Positions 40,448 through 49,426 of a stretch of 64,000 nt of DNA are shown here, one piece after another. The stretch lies in IMG/VR virus record IMGVR_UViG_3300010163_000012, positions 1-64,000 of that record; one strand, given 5' to 3'. How positions within the stretch are numbered: position 1 is the stretch's first letter; each line of letters starts with the position of its first letter. A model generated the notes under the pieces. The model was not told the DNA's origin, did no database searches, and saw only the letters and a list, made by a program, of their open reading frames with translations. The position numbers and the translations under genes were made by a program. Source of the stretch: a virus (lineage: Duplodnaviria > Caudoviricetes).

Positions 40448-41779
40448 ATGGCTAACGCAGAATTATCAGATAAAGAACACATCACACAAAAGCTGGAAAG
40501 CATATTTATGACCAGCAAGAAAAGTGTCCATGAATATGTTAGGGAAATCGAGCGCAGATGTCGATTTCAGTCTTCATATCGCCACCTACAGAACGGTACG
40601 GTATTAGATGATCGTAGCCGTTTGATTGACATATATGATGCCTGCGTACAACAAGACGCTCATCTGCGTGGTGTCATGGAAACACTGTTTTCTCAGATTG
40701 TTGGAGAACGGTTTATGATGGCTAAGCAAAATGAGAAAGGGAAATATACAAAAGACATAGCTGCCACTCGAAAAATCCAAAACACGGAATTTTTGAAAGT
40801 GATACATGGTATCGCAGAATCTAAATTGTATGGTTATACTGGGCTGGAATTTTTGGTTGATCCAGAAGTAGAACGTGGTGGGCTTAAAGTCAATTTTGTG
40901 GAGCGTCGTAACATTTTGGCAGACCAACGGAAAATTGTGCAACGTCAAGGTATATGGATGCCACAGTGGAGTTTTGATGACCCTAAATATGCTGATAACT
41001 ATGTGCTCATCAACAGTGGGGAGTTGGGGCTATTCTCAGCTGTTGCCCCTTTAATTCTTGCAAAGAAATTCACCTTTGCTAATTATGTCAATTTCTCTCA
41101 CACATACGGACAGCCTATTATTCATGGCAAAACTGAATCTGAGAATACCGTTGACCGTAAGCGAATGGCAAATGATATAGCGAGTGCTGCTCAAAACAAG
41201 GTGATTGTTACCGGCCTTAATGATGAGGTTGATATAAAGACATTCACCATGTCGAACTCTGAGCATGTGTTTACCGGGCTTATTGCTATTGTGGATAAAG
41301 ATGTCTCCAATCTTATTTTGGGCTCAGAATCAATGGCTGGAGCGACACAATCGTATGTTGGCGCAACGAGAGCACATGAGAATATATTTCGTGACCGTAT
41401 AGAGGTCTATCGTGATTACATAGAGCTTGTAATGAACGAGACCGTAATACCTCGCTTAGTTCGGCTTGGCTATCTCCCGGATGGGTTAGAGTTCAAATAT
41501 GCTAAACGTATTGAAATGTCTGATGAAGATCGCATACGCCTTTTCCAAAATTTAACGACATCTTGGGAGATGGATCCTGAAACTATTGAACAGGAATTTG
41601 GTGTTAAGGTAAAACGGCAATTAAATGTAGTGCAAGAAGGCGCAGGGGGCATTGGTCCCACAGGTGGCGGAGGTGGCTATAGCCATACTGCAACCCGGCA
41701 TTTAACCGATGAAGAGTATTTCCGGAGATACGGCCATGCCCGTGAAACGCAAAATTTTCTTCGGGAGAGAGGGGAGTAG
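40448..41779 (+). CDS. Portal protein (DUF935/Mu gp29-like)
   Basis: First gene of the head module; QQDAHLRG, YGQP, SNLILG and HENI patterns. Confidence 0.8.
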   Translation: MANAELSDKEHITQKLESIFMTSKKSVHEYVREIERRCRFQSSYRHLQNGTVLDDRSRLIDIYDACVQQDAHLRGVMETLFSQIVGERFMMAKQNEKGKYTKDIAATRKIQNTEFLKVIHGIAESKLYGYTGLEFLVDPEVERGGLKVNFVERRNILADQRKIVQRQGIWMPQWSFDDPKYADNYVLINSGELGLFSAVAPLILAKKFTFANYVNFSHTYGQPIIHGKTESENTVDRKRMANDIASAAQNKVIVTGLNDEVDIKTFTMSNSEHVFTGLIAIVDKDVSNLILGSESMAGATQSYVGATRAHENIFRDRIEVYRDYIELVMNETVIPRLVRLGYLPDGLEFKYAKRIEMSDEDRIRLFQNLTTSWEMDPETIEQEFGVKVKRQLNVVQEGAGGIGPTGGGGGYSHTATRHLTDEEYFRRYGHARETQNFLRERGE

Positions 41780-41796
41780 GTCCATCCCCTCTCTCC
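41752..41796 (+). other. Predicted -1 programmed ribosomal frameshift signal (portal to MuF)
   Basis: In-frame A_AAT_TTT heptamer, 5-nt spacer, then a 12-bp stem GGAGAGAGGGGA/TCCCCTCTCTCC. Confidence 0.7.
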
Positions 41797-41934
41797 AATG
41801 TAGTAGCCTTACGGCAACCCGATGATAATAAGGACCAGCACGAAGAGGAAGTAGCAATACTTCTTCCTCTATTCCATGATTTCGTTATTAGCGTTGCCCA
41901 CCATGAAAACGAATGGAATTTATTAGAAGCGTTA

Positions 41935-42669
41935 ATGGAGGCTCGTGCTGATATTGCCATTAGAAGAGCGTGTGCCGGTTTTGGTGTTGATTTCGAGGAA
42001 GCATTACGTCTCATACGAAACGCCGAAGGTCTTGATAATGAACAGATAGTTCAGCGCAACATCGTTTTATCCGCAGTTGACAATCTTGTTGACTTTGCTG
42101 TAGCAGAAGAATACCAGATGGCTGATGATATGGCAGAGTTAGAAGATTCGCTTACAGAAGAGGAAGCAGAAGAAATGGCAGATGAAGACTGGTCCAATTT
42201 TTATCTGCCGGTCTTTTCTAAATTCCATGACCTGTATATGCGTACTGAGAACATGGATATAGAATATTCCATGATTATCGCAGCTTATTTGTCAACGATT
42301 AAAGACGACACGACTTTGATGTATATGACGCAAGGTGATGAAAGAGTGCGTCCGTGGCATCTTCAGTATGAAGGGTTCACAGCTCCCAAATCAAGGTTCC
42401 CTGCGTGGCTTATCCCACCAATTGAGCATAATTGTCGTTGCTATTTGGTAGAAGACACTGCAACAGTTATAGCTTCTATGCAAGCGTCCGCAATTCCAGA
42501 AATGCCAGATTGGTTTAACCGTACATTCAAAGAAAGTGTAGCACTTGGAGGGCGCATTTTCTCTGACGAACACCCATATTTTCAAGTTGATGAGCGGCAT
42601 GTGGGCCGTCTCAATGTCATAGCAAAGCGTATCAAAGAAAAATATCTGGAAGACGATGAGGACGAATAG
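41935..42669 (+). CDS. MuF-like minor head protein (frame open from 41746)
   Basis: TQGDERVRPWH...PPIEHNCRC motif. Confidence 0.85.
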   Translation: MEARADIAIRRACAGFGVDFEEALRLIRNAEGLDNEQIVQRNIVLSAVDNLVDFAVAEEYQMADDMAELEDSLTEEEAEEMADEDWSNFYLPVFSKFHDLYMRTENMDIEYSMIIAAYLSTIKDDTTLMYMTQGDERVRPWHLQYEGFTAPKSRFPAWLIPPIEHNCRCYLVEDTATVIASMQASAIPEMPDWFNRTFKESVALGGRIFSDEHPYFQVDERHVGRLNVIAKRIKEKYLEDDEDE

Positions 42670-43186
42670 GGGTATCCCTTTAACACCACAGCAATTCCGA
42701 AGTCAATGGGAACCGTTACCGCACCTGTTTGATTTGAATCTTTGGGATTTTCAAGTATCGGTGGGGAAATCCGCTGTCGATATTTTCCAAAAGTCCTTTG
42801 ATATGAAACGCTTCAACTCACGAGGTAGTATGGTTTGGAGACACAGACCTAAGCGCAATAAAGGTGGCTTCACTGTCGGTGGATTGGTGGAATCTCGGTC
42901 ATTGAGAAATTCTATCACCTATGAAACAGAATCTTATAATCGCTCCAAAGGAAAGGTCAAAGTGTTTACTGATCCTAAAGCATTTAGTGGTACCTATAGT
43001 CACAAAGGATTTTGTTTTGCCGCAGTGCATAATTCTGATGACCCATCTATACGAACTGGACGAGTCTCCAATATGCCTCAACGCCAATTCATGCCGACGG
43101 AGAAGCGAGATTCATCTGTTATGAACGACAAATTGAGAGAATTGGAAAGAATCATTTTTAGAACATTCCCAGGTGTAAGACGATGA
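42656..43186 (+). CDS. Virion morphogenesis protein (Mu gpG-like)
   Basis: LRNSI, AAVHN and MPQRQFM motifs. Confidence 0.65.
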   Translation: MRTNRGIPLTPQQFRSQWEPLPHLFDLNLWDFQVSVGKSAVDIFQKSFDMKRFNSRGSMVWRHRPKRNKGGFTVGGLVESRSLRNSITYETESYNRSKGKVKVFTDPKAFSGTYSHKGFCFAAVHNSDDPSIRTGRVSNMPQRQFMPTEKRDSSVMNDKLRELERIIFRTFPGVRR

Positions 43187-43911
43187 TAATTGACAAGCAT
43201 AAACCAGTACGCCCGACAGAACCGGAAGAGATTCCTGTTGTATCTGATCCTGTCATTGATGAAATACAGGAAGTAGTGGAAACCAATCCAATGATTGAAG
43301 CCTATAAGGCTGTAAGAAAGATTTTAGAGTCTATTCCCAAAGACCCCAAAGATCCAGATAGTCCTCCTTTGTTTAAAACTATTAAGCTGGACAATGGGCA
43401 ATTGAACCGCATTAAATATAATGAACACAACAAGGAGTATGGGGTTGTGTTCCCAGCGGTGTTTATTCACTTTATCAACATTTATTACAATGTTGGAACT
43501 GCTAATATTGCTGAGGGGAAAGGCACTATGCGCATCCACTATGTGCTTAATCGGCTAAATAATAGTGATGATGAAGTCGAGTGTGAGGGCATGGAGGTTT
43601 ATCAGCGCATTGTGTCTGCTATAGAAGCACGTAAGGGGGATTTTCCCGCACTTGTTTCCAGGTTCCAGTTAGAGTATTGGGACCAACCATTGACTTTTGA
43701 CGACGCATTACAACCTTATTGGATTGATTATCAAATTTGGTTTCAAGATTTCACGGCATACGCCTATAAGAATTATCAGGATGTGTACGTTACTGTGCCT
43801 CCGTTTACTCAGCCGAGCGATCAGAATGAAATTGCTAACCCTGATCATCTTCCAAATCACGAATATCCGAAGTTTGAGGACATTGCTGGATTTAGAGATA
43901 AAATAGAGTGA
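43183..43911 (+). CDS. Putative neck/tail-completion protein
   Basis: Position in the module; FPAVFIHF pattern. Confidence 0.45.
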   Translation: MIIDKHKPVRPTEPEEIPVVSDPVIDEIQEVVETNPMIEAYKAVRKILESIPKDPKDPDSPPLFKTIKLDNGQLNRIKYNEHNKEYGVVFPAVFIHFINIYYNVGTANIAEGKGTMRIHYVLNRLNNSDDEVECEGMEVYQRIVSAIEARKGDFPALVSRFQLEYWDQPLTFDDALQPYWIDYQIWFQDFTAYAYKNYQDVYVTVPPFTQPSDQNEIANPDHLPNHEYPKFEDIAGFRDKIE

Positions 43912-43964
43912 TTTCACCCAACTCAATTTGCAATCTTCTATTCTTGGGAAAAGAGTAATCAATT

Positions 43965-45230
43965 ATGGATGCAGAAAATTTGAAATATGTAGTTGGTAAG
44001 GCTGAAGAGGGTCAACCGGCTATCATTCGCTTTTTTTCAGCCGTAGATGAGTATAGTGTTCGTTGCTTCAATGATGAGTTTTTGTGGTTGCAAGACTACG
44101 TGAAGCCTTCAAAGATTATCGTAATGATCAATTCTGAAGGTGGCTCTGTATTGTATGGAATGAGCACATTCTCAGTTATTCGCTCTTGTCCGATTGAAGT
44201 TGATTGTGTGATAGAGGGAATTGCTGCTTCAATGGCCAGTGTTATTTGGGCCGCTGGCGACAATCTTTACATGCACGATTATTCATTACTGATGATTCAC
44301 AATCCTTTCAACTCGAACGTTGATGATGCCGATCCATCAGTAAAGCAAACCGTTGAAGCGTTCCGTTCACAACTGGAAACCATTTATACTAAACGGTTTG
44401 GTCTTTCCAAAGACAAGGTTGCAGAAATTATGAACGGTGAAGGTGACGCAGATGGCACTTTCTTTAGCGCAAAAGATGCCGTGAAGGCTGGATTTCTCCC
44501 GTCTGAGAATGTCATAAAGACCTCTAAGAAGGTGCGTGACAAAGTAAAAAACGAGATGATAGGTATTGATAACGCTGCCGAAATGCGCAATATCATGTCT
44601 GCCGTGTCTGCTGAAGTGGACGAAAATAAACTTATCGAGGCTATTACTGCTATTCGTAATCAGAAAGATAATTATTCACTAATCCAAGAAAACAAAATGG
44701 ACAACAACGAAAAAAACATTTTCGACGCCATTTCAGCACAACTTGGGCTCGCGAAGGACACTCAGGCCGCAGCGATTGAAGCTCGTATTGCTGAGTTGAT
44801 CAATGCAGAAGCAGCACTCAAGGAAACTAAGAGTGAGCTTACTTCAACGAAGATCAAACTCGAAGGCAAAGAAGCCGCACTCGCTAACATCAACAGCGAA
44901 CTGACCGAGACTAAGGCAAAGCTTCAGGCGTACAAGGATGCAGAGCAAGCTGCTCGCACAGCTGAGATTGAATCCGTTATTGATGACGCAATCAAAGCAG
45001 GTAAAATTGAGGCTTCTGCAAAAGATGCTTGGACGAAGATGGCGGAGTCTGACTTTGCCACTGTCAAGAGCACTCTTGCATCAATCCAGGCTCGTGAAGT
45101 AATCACAGAGGTAATCGCCGGCGACCCAGCGAATGTTGGCAAAATCGAGGAAACATTGAAAGATGTTGATGCTCAGATGCAAGCCAAAATCAAGGAAAAG
45201 CTTGGTGATGTAGAATTTGAAAAATTTTAA
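43965..45230 (+). CDS. ClpP-type prohead protease with C-terminal scaffold
   Basis: INSEGGSV, GIAASMAS, LMIHNP; coiled-coil C-terminus. Confidence 0.9.
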   Translation: MDAENLKYVVGKAEEGQPAIIRFFSAVDEYSVRCFNDEFLWLQDYVKPSKIIVMINSEGGSVLYGMSTFSVIRSCPIEVDCVIEGIAASMASVIWAAGDNLYMHDYSLLMIHNPFNSNVDDADPSVKQTVEAFRSQLETIYTKRFGLSKDKVAEIMNGEGDADGTFFSAKDAVKAGFLPSENVIKTSKKVRDKVKNEMIGIDNAAEMRNIMSAVSAEVDENKLIEAITAIRNQKDNYSLIQENKMDNNEKNIFDAISAQLGLAKDTQAAAIEARIAELINAEAALKETKSELTSTKIKLEGKEAALANINSELTETKAKLQAYKDAEQAARTAEIESVIDDAIKAGKIEASAKDAWTKMAESDFATVKSTLASIQAREVITEVIAGDPANVGKIEETLKDVDAQMQAKIKEKLGDVEFEKF

Positions 45231-45248
45231 TCTCCCTACTTTATAAAA

Positions 45249-46343
45249 ATGGCTACAATCAATTTTGCCGGTAACACTTATGCGGGTGAGGTACTTGAAG
45301 ACCTCCTTGTTTACACCGCGAAGGGGAATGAGACCTATGAGGCCGGTCTTGTTCATGTGAAGCCCGGTATTCAGAAACGTTACGTTTTGCCTCACATTCA
45401 GTTGGGCTCAATCATTCAGGATAACAAACCTACGCCGACCTCTTCCGAAGGCGCTGCTGATGATGCAACCGGCTTCAACCAGTATAAACTGTCAGAGCGT
45501 TACCTCGACCCGCAGGATTTCATGGTTTACTTGGAATTTAACCCGCGTGATTTCGAGGAGTATTGGCGCTTTGCTCAGCCTGAAGGTCCGCTTGTCTTCC
45601 GTGAGCTTGACCCCGCTGTTCAAAAGACGATGCTGCGTCTGCTTCTCGACAAGAAAGACCAGTACATCAACGACTGTATCTGGTGTGGCAAGAAGGGTGG
45701 CGTAGATGCTAAAATCACAACTCCTTCTGGCGGTACTGACCTTGGTGGTGCTTCTGCTGCTGGACCGATGAAGTATTTTGACGGCGCACTTGCCCGTATT
45801 CTTGCTAACCTCAAGGCTCAGGCCGTTGTTGCTGCTGGCACTGGTGTTACTGATGCTGACAAAAATGAGGTTGCTTCTGGTAAGGTCGTATTGGCCGGTT
45901 CTACCGTTTTCACAACTGGTAAGGATGTTGAGGACGCCCTTTACGCGATTTGGAAGAAGACCCCTGCAAATATCCGTAAGTCCAAAAAGCTCAAGTTCGT
46001 CATGGGCTGGGACACATGGGATCTGTACGACCAGTATCTGACCACTCAGAAGGACTACAAGTATGTTGAGAACCCCGATGTCAACAAGAGAACTTTCAAA
46101 GGCAAGACGATTGTTGTCATTGATGGTATTCCTGAATCGACGATCTTCTTCGGTAAGTTCTCCACTGACCAGGATTCTTGCCTCTGGATGGCCATCGACT
46201 ACAGTACCGATGAAGAGTCTGTAAAGGTTGAGCGCCTTCAGGCCAATTCTGAGATGTACTTCTTCCAGATGAGGATCAAGATGGACATCAACCTTGTACT
46301 TCCGGGCGAAATCGTTGTGTGGACTCCATACCAAAACGCCTAA
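45249..46343 (+). CDS. Major capsid protein
   Basis: 364 aa after the protease, strongly biased codons, followed by a terminator. Confidence 0.75.
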   Translation: MATINFAGNTYAGEVLEDLLVYTAKGNETYEAGLVHVKPGIQKRYVLPHIQLGSIIQDNKPTPTSSEGAADDATGFNQYKLSERYLDPQDFMVYLEFNPRDFEEYWRFAQPEGPLVFRELDPAVQKTMLRLLLDKKDQYINDCIWCGKKGGVDAKITTPSGGTDLGGASAAGPMKYFDGALARILANLKAQAVVAAGTGVTDADKNEVASGKVVLAGSTVFTTGKDVEDALYAIWKKTPANIRKSKKLKFVMGWDTWDLYDQYLTTQKDYKYVENPDVNKRTFKGKTIVVIDGIPESTIFFGKFSTDQDSCLWMAIDYSTDEESVKVERLQANSEMYFFQMRIKMDINLVLPGEIVVWTPYQNA

Positions 46344-46366
46344 TTGAGTATTCATAAGTTTCAACT

Positions 46367-46406
46367 AAAAGAGGAGTGGAGACACCGAAACTCCACTCCT
46401 CTTTTT
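46367..46406 (+). terminator. Intrinsic terminator
   Basis: AAAAGAGGAGTGGAG / CTCCACTCCTCTTTTT. Confidence 0.85.
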
Positions 46407-46429
46407 AATAATCAATAAATAATAATCTT

Positions 46430-46798
46430 ATGGCTAAGAAGAAACAGACCGAAGAAGTTGCACCTGTAGCTGAACAGACAGATGCACAAGAGGTTAAGGC
46501 GCAAACAGAAAATATAGGTGGCGCTGATGCTGAAAAGCATCAATCTGAAGAGGTCACGCAAGTTGAGGAACCCACTAATGAGGAGCAGCCTAAAGAGGGC
46601 TGCGATAGAGCTCAACCCAAGACAGATGTGCAGGCGCCTGTACAAGCTCCAGTTCCGGATGAGATACTTGCTTATCTGAAGCGGCATCCAGAGGAAGAGG
46701 CTGTGTACATTGACAAGTTGGGAGGTGTTTTCTCCGCAAAAACTCCGCAGGCATTTTTGAAGGATGCAGTCCTTTATCAAAATCCGTTTTTCAAATAA
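46430..46798 (+). CDS. Hypothetical acidic protein
   Basis: Between capsid and sheath genes. Confidence 0.7.
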   Translation: MAKKKQTEEVAPVAEQTDAQEVKAQTENIGGADAEKHQSEEVTQVEEPTNEEQPKEGCDRAQPKTDVQAPVQAPVPDEILAYLKRHPEEEAVYIDKLGGVFSAKTPQAFLKDAVLYQNPFFK

Positions 46799-46813
46799 TA
46801 AAACTATCATACA

Positions 46814-48148
46814 ATGGCATTAGGAAATGTTTTTATGAGAGACACGGACGGCAATATCCCTGTATTGCGCTCCAACACCATTGAAAATGTGTGTGGTCTC
46901 ATTTTCGACATCTCTGGTCAGACTAACTTCTGGACTACCGGCGGTGGTGCAAATATCGCAGATACATGGAAGGACAAGGTGATAGAGTTGAATAGCCTCA
47001 ATGATGCAATTGAAGCTGGAATTACCGCTTATACTGGAGAAGTTGACAGCGAAACCGGTGCCAGCACCGATGTATTGGCAGGTATTCCTTACTATCACAT
47101 TCGTCAGTTCTTTAATATGGCTGGTGGAAGTGGTCGTCTGTTCGTGATGTTTGCAGATTGTTCTAATGACTGGAACGCTATCATTGAGATGCAGCGTGCA
47201 GCCAGCGGTTCAATCTTCCAGATTGGCGTATGGACAGAGCAGCAACTTTGGACTAAGCCCGATGAAAGTGCTAACGCTTACTCTATCGGTCTTGTCGCCG
47301 ATATTAACCGTGCAGCAGTGGAATTGGCTGATGAGTATTTTGCTCCGGCTTCAATTCTGCTTTGTGCAAACACTTCAAAGGTTAAGGTCGGTACCACAAC
47401 CACCAATCAGGTTGCGATCAGTCAGATTCCTTCTTGTGTTGTGGACGCTCGCTATGTAACTGTGCTTTTGTCTCAGTCTATGGAAGAGGATGTCCGCCGT
47501 ATGCAGGCATCGCTTAAATCTACAACTCCTGTCGGCGTTGTGGGACTTGCTCTTGGAACTCTTACACAGGCTGGTGTTGGTGAGTCTATCGGGTGGGTTC
47601 GCCAGTTTGATCTTGTGAACTATGTTCCGGCAATCGAAATGGGATTCGGTGATTCTACTGTTACCGATGGTCTTATCGCCAATGGTTTGAGCTATTCTGC
47701 ATTGAGCAAGTCTCAGCTCAACGCACTGGAAGAAGCTGGATATGTGTTTGTTCGCTCTTTCGAGGGCCTGGAGGGGCACACTTACTTTGCTAACGACCAT
47801 ACTTGTTCTGCCGGTGATTTCTGCACCATTTCACGCAACAGAACAATTAACAAGTCTCGCCGACTCATTCGTATCGCATTGCTTCCTTACGTGAACTCAC
47901 CTATCAAAGTTGACCCCTCTAACGGAAACCTGTCTTCTTCTCAGGTCACTGTTTTTGAGAATCTCCTCAAAGACATCCTGAACGAGATGGAAAGCGCAGA
48001 GGAAATTAGTGGAACTGCTTTCGTAACAGTGCCCGCTGAACAGAATATTCTTGTCACCAAAAAGCTGACCCTCTCGTATGGTATTGTTCCGATGGGCTGT
48101 GCAGAGTCTATTGAGGTTACAGAAGGTCTTTACGTTAGTCAGCAGTAA
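46814..48148 (+). CDS. Tail sheath protein (DUF2586-like)
   Basis: ESIGWV, GYVF, ISRNRTINKSRR patterns; precedes the tube gene. Confidence 0.8.
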   Translation: MALGNVFMRDTDGNIPVLRSNTIENVCGLIFDISGQTNFWTTGGGANIADTWKDKVIELNSLNDAIEAGITAYTGEVDSETGASTDVLAGIPYYHIRQFFNMAGGSGRLFVMFADCSNDWNAIIEMQRAASGSIFQIGVWTEQQLWTKPDESANAYSIGLVADINRAAVELADEYFAPASILLCANTSKVKVGTTTTNQVAISQIPSCVVDARYVTVLLSQSMEEDVRRMQASLKSTTPVGVVGLALGTLTQAGVGESIGWVRQFDLVNYVPAIEMGFGDSTVTDGLIANGLSYSALSKSQLNALEEAGYVFVRSFEGLEGHTYFANDHTCSAGDFCTISRNRTINKSRRLIRIALLPYVNSPIKVDPSNGNLSSSQVTVFENLLKDILNEMESAEEISGTAFVTVPAEQNILVTKKLTLSYGIVPMGCAESIEVTEGLYVSQQ

Positions 48149-48165
48149 TAAAATTACATACGACA

Positions 48166-48615
48166 ATGATTATAAACAACGTAGCCTATTCGTGGGCAAT
48201 GGTTCAGCTGACCTCTTTGGCTCTTACTGGGTCAGCAAATCCCAACCCCATTATTCTTCAGGGCGTGACCGCTATTAAGTGGAACAAGAAGAAGAAGGTT
48301 GAGACCAACTATGGTCTTGGAGGAGAGCCGGTCAACCGTGGTTTTGGTAACACTGAGTACACCGCTCAGATTACGATGGACTATAATACCCAGGTTCAGT
48401 TGCGAGCACTCAAAGGTTCTTTGATGGCTCTTGGTGAATTTGATCTTGTATTGTCCTTCGCAAACGAGTACAACACTCAGGACTTCTCTACGGAAACCGT
48501 TACTCTGAAGGGTTGTCTTTTTAATGAGGACGGCATGGAGGTGTCTCAGGATGATACCAACATCACGAAAGAGTTCGAGCTTAACCCCTTCAAGATTGAA
48601 CTGAGCACTAAATAA
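48166..48615 (+). CDS. Tail tube protein
   Basis: 149 aa; YSWA, NYGLGGEPVNRGFG; follows the sheath gene. Confidence 0.8.
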   Translation: MIINNVAYSWAMVQLTSLALTGSANPNPIILQGVTAIKWNKKKKVETNYGLGGEPVNRGFGNTEYTAQITMDYNTQVQLRALKGSLMALGEFDLVLSFANEYNTQDFSTETVTLKGCLFNEDGMEVSQDDTNITKEFELNPFKIELSTK

Positions 48616-48646
48616 TTTTCTTCCATAGGATTTATTAGAGTGAATG

Positions 48647-48684
48647 GATGCGGCATCAGTAATAATTCTGGTGTCGCATTTTTC
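48647..48684 (+). terminator. Intrinsic terminator
   Basis: GATGCGGCATCAG / CTGGTGTCGCATT followed by a T-run. Confidence 0.65.
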
Positions 48685-48757
48685 TTAAAGATTTTCACTC
48701 CTTTGAATAAGTGATGCCCTATTCTTTACTGAAGATAACTTTAATTACAAATAAATT

Positions 48758-49320
48758 ATGGAAGAGAAAGAAACTTTTGAGCTTCAGACAATCGAAGAAA
48801 TCGATCCTAAGCTCCGTGCTGCTGTCGAGAAGAAGGTTGCAGAATTGAAAGCAAACAACCCCAAGGCAAAGATTTTCCCGCTCATGGTGGACGGTGATCA
48901 GGATGATGAGAAGGAAGTATATGTTGGCTATTTTTGTCAGCCTTCGTTCATTACGTTCTCCAAGTACATGACTTTCGCACAGAAAGACCAGGCATCTGCA
49001 ATGCGTCAGCTTGCACGCGACTGTTTCTTGGATGGCGACAAGGAACTTATTGATGACGACTCTCTGTTCCTTTTCGGTCTTATGGGCCAGTTGAACAACA
49101 TCATCCAGATGCGTGGTGGTCGTGTCATAAATTTATCGAAACCTGGGAAGTAAGAGAGGACGATTATTTTCGTCAAAAGATAATCCTCTTGCGACATTAC
49201 TTTCCAGGCGTTAATATCGACGATCTTGACGAAGAAGAATTTGCCAGACTTGTCTGTGATGCAGAATGGATGCACAGCCAAATGGTCATAACAAGACATG
49301 CAAATGCTTTAGGATTGTAA
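48758..49320 (+). CDS. Tail assembly chaperone (48758-49153) with -1 frameshift extension to 49320
   Basis: Between tube and tape measure; A_AAT_TTA at 49129-49135; the -1 frame is open to TAA at 49320. Confidence 0.75.
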
Positions 49321-49426
49321 TTAGATAACTCGTTAAAAACCCCGTTACAAATATCGCGTAACGGGGTTCATCTTTTCCCCATGTTCCACCTCCTATCTCT
49401 ATTCTTTGTAAAAGACTGATTCGATT

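Noticed and set aside
41777-41803. Stop-codon reassignment or TAG read-through
   Set aside because: Read-through of the portal TAG meets another TAG seven codons later and does not reach the MuF frame. Other genes are full length in the standard code.
45492-46364. 290-aa antisense ORF and similar shadows over structural genes
   Set aside because: Antisense mirror of strongly codon-biased genes such as the capsid gene.
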